Shown piece by piece: positions 24,345 to 34,658 of a stretch of 64,000 nucleotides of DNA. The DNA is from an uncultured Chloroflexia bacterium (GTDB lineage Bacteria; Chloroflexota; Limnocylindria; QHBO01): positions 1,472,001 through 1,536,000 of the forward strand of contig CAWGTN010000002.1 of NCBI GenBank assembly GCA_963825525.1, written 5' to 3'. Position numbers and translations under genes: made by a program. Within the stretch, counting starts at the first letter, position 1; the number at the start of each line of letters is the position of its first letter. The notes beneath the pieces are model-generated. The model searched no databases, was not told the DNA's origin, and saw only the letters and a list, made by a program, of their open reading frames with translations.

Positions 24345-24370
24345 AACCGGGATCAGCCTAGACTGGGAGC

Positions 24371-25333
24371 ATGACGAATCCCACCAATGGCGTGACCCTC
24401 GGCGTCCTGCTCTGGAGCCAGGCCACGACCTGGCCCGATTTCGAACGCGCGGCCATCCGGGTCGACGAGCTCGGCTATGACTCGCTCTGGACGTGGGACC
24501 ACCTCCACGCCATCTTCGGAGACCCGCACCAGCCGATCTTCGAGGGCTACACGACCCTGGCGGCGTGGGCGAAGATCACGGAGCGGGTGCGGCTGGGCCT
24601 GCTGGTCGGCGCGAATACGTTCCGCAACCCGGGACTGGTGGCAAAGTCGGTCACGACCATCGATCACCTGAGCGGCGGGCGGGCGATCATGGGCATCGGC
24701 GGGGCATGGTTCGAGCTCGAGCACCAGGAGCATGGGATCGACTTCGGTGCGAGCCCCGGCCAGCGGCTCACCTGGATGGACGAGTCGGTCGGGGCGCTGC
24801 GAGCGATGCTGGACGGCACGCCGGTGACTTCGCCGGCCGACGGCCGCTACGACTTCGACAAGCTGCGCCAGCATCCGCTGCCCCTGCAGGAGCACCTCCC
24901 GATCATGATCGGCGGCTCAGGCGAGAAGAAGACGCTGCGGACAGTGGCGAAGTACGCCGACATGTGGAACGCCATGGGGAGCATCGAGAAGCTCACGCGC
25001 AAGGACGCGATCCTGCGCGAGCACTGCGAGGCGGTCGGGCGCAACAGCGACGAGATCCTGCGGACGGTCGGGTGCAAGCCGATCATCCGCAACACGGAGG
25101 CCGAGGCTCGGAGCGTGTGGGAGGCCCAGATGGCCCACAATCGCACGCCGATGGAGGACGTGATCGACGACAACACGTTCTGGGTCGGCACGCCGGAGCA
25201 GATCGCCGAGCGCATGATCGGCTGCCGCGACATCGGCTTCTCGACCTTCCTTGCCGAGCTCGCGGCTCCGTTCGACGACGAGACGCTCGAGCGCTGGATC
25301 GGCGAGGTCAAGCCGATGGTCGATCGAGCCTGA
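24371..25333 (+). CDS. LLM-class (luciferase-like, probably F420-dependent) oxidoreductase
   Basis: GYDSLWTWDH, RNPGLVAK, DHLSGGR, GIGGAWFELEH, PIMIGGSGEKKTL. Confidence 0.88.
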   Translation: MTNPTNGVTLGVLLWSQATTWPDFERAAIRVDELGYDSLWTWDHLHAIFGDPHQPIFEGYTTLAAWAKITERVRLGLLVGANTFRNPGLVAKSVTTIDHLSGGRAIMGIGGAWFELEHQEHGIDFGASPGQRLTWMDESVGALRAMLDGTPVTSPADGRYDFDKLRQHPLPLQEHLPIMIGGSGEKKTLRTVAKYADMWNAMGSIEKLTRKDAILREHCEAVGRNSDEILRTVGCKPIIRNTEAEARSVWEAQMAHNRTPMEDVIDDNTFWVGTPEQIAERMIGCRDIGFSTFLAELAAPFDDETLERWIGEVKPMVDRA

Positions 25334-25340
25334 GTCGACC

Positions 25341-26186
25341 TCAGTGAGCGTGGGCTGACGGCTGTCGGCCCACGACCGCGCCCCAGCGATCGTCCCACCA
25401 TGACGGCAGCAGCCCCGCCGACCGAACGGCGGCGAGCATCTGGCGGATATCCGCGTAGGCGTCCGAGTCGATCGGCACAAAGCCGTCGATGCCCGCGGCG
25501 TGGAGGATCGGCCGCGCCAGCGGCTCGCGGTTGAGAGCGATCAATCCGTCACGCACGACCGCCCGCTGATCGTCGCTCAGCCGGCGACGCGAGGCGACCA
25601 CCGGCTGAATGGTCGACGGCCCGAGCGTGTCCACGATCCGGATCCGGCGCCGCAGCGACGGCACCGTGCGGAGCCAGATGGCCAGCACCTGCGAGTCGAT
25701 CGCCGTCCAGTCGGCCCGGCCGTCGATCACCATCCTGAGCGCCTCGTCGTGGAACCCGGCCTCGATCCACTCGCCCAGGAACGACGCCGATTCGCCGCGC
25801 GTGGCGAGGTGGTGGAGCACGACCATGAATCCGGAGTGGCTGAACGGCTCGTTGAAGGCCCATCGGAGCCCCCGGAGGTCACCGAAGTCGTCGACCGGGC
25901 TGCTGGCACGCACCACCACGTCCGAGAAGTAGACCGGACGACCGGCATAGCGCTGACCGCGAAGGATCGGCGCGGCCACGACCTCCATCTGGATGGCTCC
26001 CGATGCCTCGAGCAGCAGGAAGGGGATGCTGCACACGAAGCAGACATCGTCGATGTCCGCAGCGCACCTGCGGTAATCGGCCGCAACCACCAGCTCCGAC
26101 GGCCGAGCCAGCCATTCGCCCATCCTCCGAGCGGCAAACGCGTAGGCCGGCAGCACGCCCGGAGCGAGGTGAGTGGCGATGCGCAT
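25341..26186 (-). CDS. PhnD/SsuA/transferrin-family substrate-binding protein, orphan and lacking an obvious signal peptide
   Basis: FVCSIPF, PVYFSDVVV, AFNEPFSHSG, GRADWTAIDS. Confidence 0.75.
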   Translation of the reverse strand: MRIATHLAPGVLPAYAFAARRMGEWLARPSELVVAADYRRCAADIDDVCFVCSIPFLLLEASGAIQMEVVAAPILRGQRYAGRPVYFSDVVVRASSPVDDFGDLRGLRWAFNEPFSHSGFMVVLHHLATRGESASFLGEWIEAGFHDEALRMVIDGRADWTAIDSQVLAIWLRTVPSLRRRIRIVDTLGPSTIQPVVASRRRLSDDQRAVVRDGLIALNREPLARPILHAAGIDGFVPIDSDAYADIRQMLAAVRSAGLLPSWWDDRWGAVVGRQPSAHAH

Positions 26187-26325
26187 CGGTCGTCGGGGCA
26201 AAGCTTGACTCTCCGCATGCGAAACGGACATCAGCATCGGACTTGCTCGATTGGCGGTCAAGCGCTTTCGACCTCGGCCGCCCTCCGGGGGCACAACCCC
26301 ACATCGGGCTATACTCGGCCTCCCG

Positions 26326-29196
26326 ATGTTCAAGTTCCTGTCCCGTCTTGGGGACTCCAACGAGCGCGAGGTCCGCGCCCTCCAGCCGCTCATCGAACGG
26401 ATCAACGCGCTCGAGCCGGAGATCCAGGCCCTCAGTGATGCGGAGCTCGCCGGCAAGACCGATGCCCTGCGCGCGCGCCTGCGCGATTCGATCGGCGACA
26501 TCATGCTTCCGATCGAGGCCCGCGACACGGACCCCGACGAGGACGCGGCGGACTCGGCGCTGGCCGGCGCGGATGCTGCCGTACTCGCGGATCGGCTGAA
26601 GCGCCAGCGCGAGGCCGAGCTCAGCCAGATCAACGCGGCGCTCGACGAGATCCTTCCCGAGGCCTTCGCCTCGGTCCGCGAGGCGATGGTGCGAGCGCTC
26701 GGAAAGCGCCACTACGACGTTCAGCTCATGGGCGGCGTCGTCCTCCACCGAGGAGCGATCGCCGAACAACGGACCGGTGAGGGCAAGACCTTCGTGGCAC
26801 CCCTGGCCGCGTTCCTCAACGCGCTGGTCGGCCGGGGCGTCCACGTCGTCACCACCAACGACTACCTGGCCAAGCGTGACGCGCAGTGGATCGGCGCGGT
26901 GTTCCATCGGCTGGGAATGAGCGCCGGGAGCGTTCAGAACGCGGGCGCATATCTCTTCGACCCGGACTTTCCGGCCACCGACGAGCGCCTTCGCGACCTG
27001 CGTCCGGTGAGCCGCCAGGAGGCGTACGGCGCGGACGTCACGTATGGCACGAACAACGAGTTCGGCTTCGACTTCCTGCGCGACAACCTCGTCGTCGACC
27101 TCACGGCCCGCGCACAGCGTGGCCACTTCTTCGCCATCGTGGACGAGGTCGACAACATCCTCATCGACGAGGCGCGCACGCCGCTCATCATCAGCGGCAA
27201 CGCCGAGGAGTCGGCCGACAAGTATCTCCAGTTCGCACGCCTCGTCCCTCGGCTGACGGCCGAGGAGGACTACGTCGTCGACGAGAAGTTCAAGCAGGTC
27301 GCGATCAGCGAGGCCGGCACCGACAAGATGGAGAAGTGGCTGGGCGTCGAGAACATGTTCGCCGACGACTTCAGCCTCGCCCGCCACCTCGAGCAGGCCC
27401 TCAAGGCCCAGGTCCTCTACCAGAAGGATCGCGACTACGTGGTGAAGGACGGGGAGGTGATCATCGTCGACGAGTTCACCGGTCGGCTGATGCCCGGCCG
27501 GCGCTGGTCGGAGGGGTTGCACCAGGCGGTCGAGGCCAAGGAGGGGGTCGCCGTCCGCAACGAGCAGCGGACGCTCGCCACCGTGACGTTCCAGAACTAC
27601 TTCCGCATGTACGACAAGCTGTCCGGCATGACCGGTACCGCCGAGACCGAGGCGGAGGAGTTCGCAAAGATCTACGGGCTCGAAGTCGTCGTCATCCCGA
27701 CCCACCGCGACATGATCCGGGCCGACTACGCCGATCTCATCTATGCCAAGCAGAGCGGCAAGTGGAACGCGGTCGTCGACGAGATTGCGGAAGAGCACGA
27801 GAAGGGTCGCCCGGTCCTGGTCGGGACGATCAGCGTCGAGATCAGCGAGATGCTGGGCGATCTCCTGAAACGTCGAGGAATCAAGCACAACGTCCTGAAC
27901 GCGAAGCTCCACGAGCGCGAAGCCGAGGTCATCGCCCAGGCGGGACGATCCGGCGCCGTGACGATCGCGACGAACATGGCTGGCCGCGGCACCGACATCC
28001 TGCTGGGCGGCAACCCGGAGGTGCTCGCCACCGAGATGCTGCACAAGCAGGGGACGAACGTCCTCGAGGCGACGCCGCAGCAGTACGCAGAAGCACTCGC
28101 TGAGGCCGAGCGCGTGTGCGCCGCCGACAAGGAGAAGGTGATCGCCGCCGGCGGCCTGCACATCCTGGGAACCGAGCGCCACGACGCGCGACGCATCGAT
28201 AACCAGCTCCGCGGCCGCGCCGGCCGGCAGGGCGACCCGGGCAGCTCGCGCTTCTACCTGTCGCTCGAGGACGACCTCATGCGCCGATTCGCCAACGACC
28301 GCGTGCAGGGGATCATGCGCACCCTCGGCTTCACCGACGACACGGCGCTCGAGTCGAAGATGGTGAGCAAGACCATCGAGAATGCGCAGACCCGGGTCGA
28401 GGGCTACAACTTCGACACCCGCAAGCACGTCGTCGAGTACGACGACGTGATCAACCGTCAGCGCGAGACGATCTACCGCGAGCGGGACCGGATCCTGCGT
28501 TCCGCGAGCAATGGGCCGACCATCGAGGCCATGCTCGAGGACGAGATCGCCTCGCTGGTTGCCGGGCACACCGCCGCCGAGTACGCGAGCGAATGGAACC
28601 GCGACGGGCTGAGGACGCAGCTGCAGACGATGATCCCGTCCCTCACCGACGCGGACCTGCGGATGATCGAGGATGCCGGCGATCCCGCAACGCTCGTCGA
28701 ATCAATCACCGCGCTGGCCCGGGAGCGGTACGAGAACAAGCGGCGCGAGGTCGGCGAGGAGGGCATCGGTGTCCTGGAGCGGCTGGTCCTGCTGCGCGTC
28801 ATCGACTCGTTGTGGGTCGAGCACCTGACCGCGGTGGACGACATGCGCCGGGGCATCGGGCTGCGGGCCTATTCGCAGCGTGACCCGCTGAACGAGTTCA
28901 AGATCGAGGCGTATCGGATGTTCGACGAGCTGAAGTCGACCATCCGCCACGACGTGACGCACACGATCTTCCGGGTGACCGTCCAGCCCCAGCAGGCAGC
29001 GGCCCGCCCGATGGCACGCAACGTCGTCGAAGGGCGAGCGGCGGTCGGCGCGGGAGCCGCGGGAGCGGGCGCGGCCACCGCCGTCGCAACGGGTGGCAAC
29101 GGCGCGGCAGCGGCACGCAGCGGCCCGAAGATCGGGCGCAACGATCCGTGCTACTGCGGTTCCGGCAAGAAATTCAAGAAATGCCACGGGGCGTGA
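26326..29196 (+). CDS. secA: Preprotein translocase ATPase SecA
   Basis: [51 protein letters not shown]-terminal [18 protein letters not shown]. Confidence 0.98.
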   Translation: MFKFLSRLGDSNEREVRALQPLIERINALEPEIQALSDAELAGKTDALRARLRDSIGDIMLPIEARDTDPDEDAADSALAGADAAVLADRLKRQREAELSQINAALDEILPEAFASVREAMVRALGKRHYDVQLMGGVVLHRGAIAEQRTGEGKTFVAPLAAFLNALVGRGVHVVTTNDYLAKRDAQWIGAVFHRLGMSAGSVQNAGAYLFDPDFPATDERLRDLRPVSRQEAYGADVTYGTNNEFGFDFLRDNLVVDLTARAQRGHFFAIVDEVDNILIDEARTPLIISGNAEESADKYLQFARLVPRLTAEEDYVVDEKFKQVAISEAGTDKMEKWLGVENMFADDFSLARHLEQALKAQVLYQKDRDYVVKDGEVIIVDEFTGRLMPGRRWSEGLHQAVEAKEGVAVRNEQRTLATVTFQNYFRMYDKLSGMTGTAETEAEEFAKIYGLEVVVIPTHRDMIRADYADLIYAKQSGKWNAVVDEIAEEHEKGRPVLVGTISVEISEMLGDLLKRRGIKHNVLNAKLHEREAEVIAQAGRSGAVTIATNMAGRGTDILLGGNPEVLATEMLHKQGTNVLEATPQQYAEALAEAERVCAADKEKVIAAGGLHILGTERHDARRIDNQLRGRAGRQGDPGSSRFYLSLEDDLMRRFANDRVQGIMRTLGFTDDTALESKMVSKTIENAQTRVEGYNFDTRKHVVEYDDVINRQRETIYRERDRILRSASNGPTIEAMLEDEIASLVAGHTAAEYASEWNRDGLRTQLQTMIPSLTDADLRMIEDAGDPATLVESITALARERYENKRREVGEEGIGVLERLVLLRVIDSLWVEHLTAVDDMRRGIGLRAYSQRDPLNEFKIEAYRMFDELKSTIRHDVTHTIFRVTVQPQQAAARPMARNVVEGRAAVGAGAAGAGAATAVATGGNGAAAARSGPKIGRNDPCYCGSGKKFKKCHGA

Positions 29197-29708
29197 GCTC
29201 GCCCGACGCCGCAATCGAGCCGATCGTCATCACCCTCGACCTGCCCGTCGAACCATCGGATGCGTTCGCCGGCTTCACCGAGCAATTCAGGACGTGGTGG
29301 CCGAGCTCGGCCACCTGGTCAGGCGCCAGCCTCGAGTCCATCGGCATCGAGCCGTTCGTCGGCGGATTCTGCTCCGAGCGCGGACCGCATGGGCTGCGGC
29401 TCGACTGGGGACGCGTGACGGCCTGGGAGCCCCCTCGGCACCTGGCGTTCGCATGGCTCATCGGCGCCGATCGAACGCCCGAGCCGAACCCCGCGCACGC
29501 CAGCGTCGTCGATGTGACATTCGAGCCAGCCGACAGAGGATCACGATTGACCCTGACCCATGCCGGCTTCGATCGGCATCGGGGAGACGCGCGTCGCTAT
29601 CGCGAGGCAATGGCATCGGCCGCTGATGGCTGGCCGATGCTGCTCGAGCACTACCGGGCCATCCTTGCGCGTCGCGCGGAAGCCCCGTGGGAGGGGCTCA
29701 CGACCTGA
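29193..29708 (+). CDS. SRPBCC/AHSA1-like domain protein
   Basis: [42 protein letters not shown]. Confidence 0.8.
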   Translation: MSSPDAAIEPIVITLDLPVEPSDAFAGFTEQFRTWWPSSATWSGASLESIGIEPFVGGFCSERGPHGLRLDWGRVTAWEPPRHLAFAWLIGADRTPEPNPAHASVVDVTFEPADRGSRLTLTHAGFDRHRGDARRYREAMASAADGWPMLLEHYRAILARRAEAPWEGLTT

Positions 29709-29844
29709 CGTTCGGCTCGTCGTCGCCGGCGTCTCCGGGCTCGTTCCCATACCGACGCCGGCGACGCTGCCAGGCCCGGATCGGGAACAGGATGACGGTG
29801 GCCAGGGCAATGAGTCCGACGATGAACAGGAACGGATCGGGCAT
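29698..29844 (-). CDS. 48-aa single-pass membrane protein (absent from ORF track)
   Basis: [48 protein letters not shown]: TM helix followed by a positive-inside Arg run, GC3-rich codons. Confidence 0.65.
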   Translation of the reverse strand: MPDPFLFIVGLIALATVILFPIRAWQRRRRRYGNEPGDAGDDEPNVRS

Positions 29845-29974
29845 GCCACATCATGGCCGATGGATGGGAAGATCGTGCGGGGTTGCGATATCTGAACGAG
29901 TCGCTACGATGAGCACAACGATCGTCGCGAGGTCAATCCGGGCCCCCTCGCGACGCCCATAGGTGGAGGGATTC

Positions 29975-30274
29975 GTGAAGCAACTGACCGCACCACCGAG
30001 AGCCTCTGTTCCGCTCCCCGTCAGCACGGCGGCTCACCTTCCACCGGTCACCCGCTTCCGAGATCCAGAGCTCCCCTACGAAGACCTCATCATGTGTGAG
30101 CGCGACTGCATGCGCTGCACGTATGCGGCAACCCTGAACTGCGACGGCAACTGTGGCGTCTGCCCCCGCCAGAGCTACTGCCCGTGCGTCAACCCGGCCA
30201 AGGTCCGCGCCAAGGGCAACCGCCTGGCAGAGATGGCCGAGCTTCCGATGGCGGTGTCGATTGGACGCAATTAG
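29975..30274 (+). CDS. Small Cys-rich protein with two CX3CX2C motifs
   Basis: GGAGG RBS then GTG; CERDCMRC...CDGNCGVC...CPC; GC3-rich codons. Confidence 0.7.
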   Translation: MKQLTAPPRASVPLPVSTAAHLPPVTRFRDPELPYEDLIMCERDCMRCTYAATLNCDGNCGVCPRQSYCPCVNPAKVRAKGNRLAEMAELPMAVSIGRN

Positions 30275-31389
30275 GGACGAGGCGCGGCGGCTCGCTCGCC
30301 TCGTGACCGAGACGTCGGTGCGCCTTTGACCACTCCAGCAAAGAGGCCGAGCTCGCCGACCTGACCGAGCGCTCCGCCGATCCGAACCTCTGGGACGATC
30401 CCGCCGCCGCGCAGTCGCTCATGCGTCGTGCCGAAGAGCTGCGGTCCGAGATCTTGATCTGGCAGACGCTCGGAGAGCGTGCCAGCGGACTCGCCGAGAT
30501 CGCCGAGATGGCCGCCGCCGATCCGGACGAGGCCGAGTCCCTCCGTCCCGATCTCGAGCGCGACCTGGCCGCACTGACCGCCGACTGGGGCCGGCTCGAG
30601 CAGCAGCTCATGCTGGGCGAGCCCTTCGACGAGCGCGGGGCCATCGTCTCGATCCATGCCGGCGCGGGGGGCACCGAGGGCCAGGACTGGACGGAGATGC
30701 TGCTGCGCATGTACCTGCGCTGGGCCGAGCGTCACGGGTTCAAGACGGAGATCCTCGAGGCCACCGAGGGCGAGGGGGCGGGCCTCAAGAGCGTCAGCTT
30801 CAGCATCGACGGCCGCTGGGTCTACGGACAGCTGCGCAGCGAGCGCGGCGTGCATCGGCTGGTCCGGATCAGTCCCTTCGACTCACAGAAGCGACGCCAC
30901 ACGACGTTCGCGCTCGTCGAGATCATGCCCGAGGTTCCCGAGGACGCGGCCATCGAGATCGATGACAAGGACCTGCGCGTCGACACCTACCGCGCCAGCG
31001 GCGCGGGCGGACAGCACGTCAACAAGACGGACAGCGCGGTTCGGCTCACGCACGAGCCCACCGGCATCGTGGTCGCCGTCCAGAGCGAACGGAGCCAGCA
31101 TCAGAATCGCGAGCGGGCGATGGCCGTCCTCCGCGCCCGGCTGATCGAGCGCCAGGAGCAGGAGCGCGAGGCCGAGATGGCCCGGCTCCGCGGCGAGCAC
31201 GTCGAGGCCGGCTGGGGCAACCAGATCCGCTCGTACGTCCTCCAGCCATACACCATGGTGAAGGACCTGCGGACCGGCGTGGAAACCTCGAACCCGACCG
31301 CCGTGCTCGACGGCGAGCTCGACGCGTTCATCGATGGCTACCTGCGCTCCCGCGTCGGCCAGGCCGAGGGCTCGGCATCGGCCGGGTGA
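30261..31389 (+). CDS. prfB: Peptide chain release factor 2, programmed +1 frameshift at CTT TGA C (30324-30330)
   Basis: Frame 0: TTG-start MDAIRDEARRLARLVTETSVRL*. Frame +1: DHSSKEAEL...LWDDP...GAGGTE, RISPF (SPF), GAGGQHVN. Confidence 0.95.
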
Positions 31390-31414
31390 TCTCCGCTACC
31401 ATCGCGCCGAGCCG

Positions 31415-32152
31415 ATGACATCCCTTCTGCGCCGCCGGACACGCCCCGAGCCAGCCGAGGCGTCGGTCATCCACATGGTCGATGTCGGCATGACCTACCC
31501 GAACGGGAAGGTCGCACTCGCCGACGTCAACGTCCTCATCCCCCGGGGAGACTTCGTCTTCCTGGTCGGCCCGTCAGGCGCCGGGAAGAGCACGTTCATC
31601 CGCCTCCTCATCCGGGAGCAGGTTCCGACCACGGGCACGGTGCGGGTCGCGGGGCGTGATCTCGTCCGCATGCGCCGCCGTCACGTGCCGGCGCTGCGCC
31701 GCCGAATCGGGATCGTGTTCCAGGACTTCCGCCTGCTTCCCAACAAGACGGTGGGCGAGAACGTCGCCTTCGCGCTCGACGTGACGGGCGCGCCGGGCTC
31801 GATCATCCGGAAGCGCGTCCCGCAGCTGCTCAGCCTCGTCGGTCTCCAGGATCACGCCCACCACCTGCCCACCCAGCTGTCGGGTGGAGAGCAGCAGCGC
31901 ACGGCCATCGCGCGGGCGCTGGTCCACGATCCGGCCATCCTCATCGCCGACGAGCCGACCGGCAACCTCGATCCGGTGACCAGCTGGGAGATCATCCAGC
32001 TCCTCATCCAGATCAACGAGCTGGGCACCACGGTCCTCATGGCCACGCACAACCAGGAGATCGTCAACGCCATGCGCCGACGGGTGCTGGCCCTGGAGAA
32101 CGGCCACCTGGTGCGCGACGAGGCTGCGGCGGCCTACGAGCGGGAGTACTGA
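31415..32152 (+). CDS. ftsE: Cell division ATP-binding protein FtsE
   Basis: [41 protein letters not shown]. Confidence 0.93.
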   Translation: MTSLLRRRTRPEPAEASVIHMVDVGMTYPNGKVALADVNVLIPRGDFVFLVGPSGAGKSTFIRLLIREQVPTTGTVRVAGRDLVRMRRRHVPALRRRIGIVFQDFRLLPNKTVGENVAFALDVTGAPGSIIRKRVPQLLSLVGLQDHAHHLPTQLSGGEQQRTAIARALVHDPAILIADEPTGNLDPVTSWEIIQLLIQINELGTTVLMATHNQEIVNAMRRRVLALENGHLVRDEAAAAYEREY

Positions 32153-32155
32153 CCG

Positions 32156-33049
32156 ATGCCGTTCGTGCGCTTCGTCGGCTTCAGCATCGTGCGCGCCTGG
32201 CAGGGCTTCTGGCGCAACGCGATGATGAGCCTTGCGGCCACCGCCACCGTCATCCTCATGCTCGTCCTGCTGTCAGGGCTGTTCATCGTCATCGCGGGGC
32301 TCAACTCGGGCCTCGAGTTCATCGAGAGCAAGGTGGCGGTCACCGCCCAGCTGGTCGACAACCTGTCCGACAACCGACGGGCGCGACTGATGGGTGAGGT
32401 CGAAGCCGTTCCCGGGGTCGAATCCGTCGCGTACGTCTCGCCCGAGGCGGCAATGGAGCGGCTTCGAGCTTCCTACCGCGATGCGGGCCAGGAGCTCGAC
32501 ACCGGCGGCGCCGAAATCAAGCTGTTCGCGAGCCTCGAGATCAGCCTCGTCGACCCGAACGCCTCGGGCGACGTGGGATCGTTCCTGGCGACGAAGGACG
32601 AAGTCGTGCGCGTCCTGACCAAGCAGGCGGAGTACGACACGCTGCTCGGCATCATCAACGTCATCCGTACCGTGGGCCTGGTCGGCATCGGGCTGGTGAG
32701 CCTGACCGTCCTGTTCATGATCATCAACACGATCCGCATCGCGGTCTACAGCCGTGCCGGCGAGATCGAGATCATGCGACTGGTCGGGGCATCGGACTCG
32801 TTCATCCGCTGGCCCTTCATCCTGGAGGGGATCCTGTGCGGGCTGCTGGGCGCCCTCGTGACCATCGTCCTGGTGGCGGTGATATGGGATCCCATCCAAC
32901 CGGCCATGGTCACGATCTTCCAGATGCCCACGGCGGTCAGCGCGCAGTTCCTGACCACCTTGTCGATCATCCTGCTGGGCGCCGGGCTGGGCGTCGGGGC
33001 GCTGGGCTCGTACATCAGCGTTCGCTCGTACCTGTCGGCCGCTCGATGA
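32156..33049 (+). CDS. ftsX: Cell division permease FtsX
   Basis: WRNAMMS, INTIRIAVYSRAGEIEIMRLVGAS..FIRWPFILEG. Confidence 0.93.
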   Translation: MPFVRFVGFSIVRAWQGFWRNAMMSLAATATVILMLVLLSGLFIVIAGLNSGLEFIESKVAVTAQLVDNLSDNRRARLMGEVEAVPGVESVAYVSPEAAMERLRASYRDAGQELDTGGAEIKLFASLEISLVDPNASGDVGSFLATKDEVVRVLTKQAEYDTLLGIINVIRTVGLVGIGLVSLTVLFMIINTIRIAVYSRAGEIEIMRLVGASDSFIRWPFILEGILCGLLGALVTIVLVAVIWDPIQPAMVTIFQMPTAVSAQFLTTLSIILLGAGLGVGALGSYISVRSYLSAAR

Positions 33050-33129
33050 GCGAGGGCTCATGCGTAAGGAAATCGTAATGAGCCCTCTACCTCGCCGCGG
33101 CTGATGCGCGGCTAGACTTCGACGATCCC

Positions 33130-34488
33130 ATGAACGAACATCCCCCGACGACGCCCGCGTCCCCGCGTGGCGGCACCATTCCGTGGCTCATCTCGCTGGC
33201 CCTGGCAGCGGTGGTCGGCGCTGTCCTGTTCGCCGGCGGTTACCTGGCCGGTGGCAGCGGCGGCGGGTCCGGCTGCGCGGCGCCCGACGATGCCTTCGCC
33301 GCGTTCTGCGACGCCTACGGCCAACTGCAGCGCCAGTACGTCGACGAGCTCGACAGCGAGGCCTTGGCCGAGGGCGCCATCCGCGGCATGTTCGAGTACG
33401 GCGTGGCCGATCCGTATTCGGGCTACATGCCTCCCGAGCAGTATCAGCAGGCCCTGGGCGACCTCTCCGGCGCGTTCAGTGGCATCGGCGCGGAGATGGC
33501 AATTCGCAACGTCGATGACGCGGCCGATCTGGCGGCATGCAACAAGCTCAGCGATACCTGCCGGCTGGTGGTCGTGGCTCCGCTGGCCGACTCGCCTGCG
33601 GAGCGCGCCGGGTTGCAGGCCGGCGACTTCGTGATCGCCGTGGACGGTACCTCGGTCAACGGGACGACCATGGAGGATCAGATCGGCCAGATCCGCGGCG
33701 AGTCAGGGACCGACGTCACGCTCACCCTGCTGCGCGACGCGGCTGACCCGTTCGACGTGACGATCACGCGCGCCGAGATCGAGCTGCAGGAAGTGGAGAC
33801 GCGCCTCATCGACGGGCACATCGGCTACATCGGGCTCAACAGCTTCTCCGCGCCGGCCGCCGATCAGTTCAAGGTTGCGCTCGGCGACCTCCTCGAGCAG
33901 GGCGCCGACCAGATCGTGCTCGATCTCCGCGACAACCCCGGCGGATACATCGACGCGGCCCAGCAGATCGCCAGCCAGTTCATCGATGACGGGATCATCT
34001 TCACCCAGGAGTCGTCCGGCAGCGACGTCAGGGAGTGGCCGTCGACCGGCGATGGAGTGGCGACCGATCCGAACCTGCCGGTCGCGGTGCTGATCAACGG
34101 CGGGTCGGCATCGGCTTCGGAGATCGTCGCCGCCGCGCTCCAGGAGACCGGGCGGGCGACCCTCATCGGCGAGCCGTCGTTCGGCAAGAACACCGTGCAG
34201 GTCTGGAGCCGGCTCGAGAACGAGGGTGGGGTTCGGATCACCATCAGCCGGTGGTTCACACCGGAGCACAACAGCGTGGCTCCCGACGGCATCCAGCCCG
34301 ACATCGAGGCGGCGCGCACCGCGGAGACGCCACCGGAGGAGGATCCAGTCCTGGATGCCGCCCTCTCGTTCCTGGCGGAGCAGCCGGTGGCCGGGGAGAA
34401 CGCGGCCCCGGCCGCCTCCGGTTCGCCGTCGGCCGCGCTCGAGCTGCCGCTGGTGGTCGGCATTGTCGCGCCGCGAGCCATCTGCTAG
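33130..34488 (+). CDS. S41A carboxyl-terminal processing protease (CtpA-like, PDZ)
   Basis: DPYSGY, GIGAE, SPAERAGL, LDLRDNPGG, SASASEI, SFGK. Confidence 0.92.
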   Translation: MNEHPPTTPASPRGGTIPWLISLALAAVVGAVLFAGGYLAGGSGGGSGCAAPDDAFAAFCDAYGQLQRQYVDELDSEALAEGAIRGMFEYGVADPYSGYMPPEQYQQALGDLSGAFSGIGAEMAIRNVDDAADLAACNKLSDTCRLVVVAPLADSPAERAGLQAGDFVIAVDGTSVNGTTMEDQIGQIRGESGTDVTLTLLRDAADPFDVTITRAEIELQEVETRLIDGHIGYIGLNSFSAPAADQFKVALGDLLEQGADQIVLDLRDNPGGYIDAAQQIASQFIDDGIIFTQESSGSDVREWPSTGDGVATDPNLPVAVLINGGSASASEIVAAALQETGRATLIGEPSFGKNTVQVWSRLENEGGVRITISRWFTPEHNSVAPDGIQPDIEAARTAETPPEEDPVLDAALSFLAEQPVAGENAAPAASGSPSAALELPLVVGIVAPRAIC

Positions 34489-34521
34489 CATCGCCGGCAA
34501 CGAAAGGAGGTGGTGTTGCTG

Positions 34522-34563
34522 ATGGATAGTTCCACGCACGCCACCACCGAGGCAGTGGCCTAA
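34522..34563 (+). CDS. Putative 13-aa micropeptide MDSSTHATTEAVA
   Basis: Very strong SD AAAGGAGGTG (34503-34512), upstream TGnTAGCAT -10-like element, downstream hairpin. Confidence 0.45.
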   Translation: MDSSTHATTEAVA

Positions 34564-34587
34564 CACAGCTTCGCGTGGTGTAGCGAC

Positions 34588-34618
34588 GGAGGAGCCGGCC
34601 GATACGGCCGGCTCTCTC
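34588..34618 (+). terminator. GC-rich hairpin between micropeptide and smpB
   Basis: GAGCCGGCCG-ATA-CGGCCGGCTC, no clear U-tract. Confidence 0.5.
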
Positions 34619-34658
34619 CATGTCCGCCGCCAGATTGAGAGCAGCCGAGCCAGGACCG

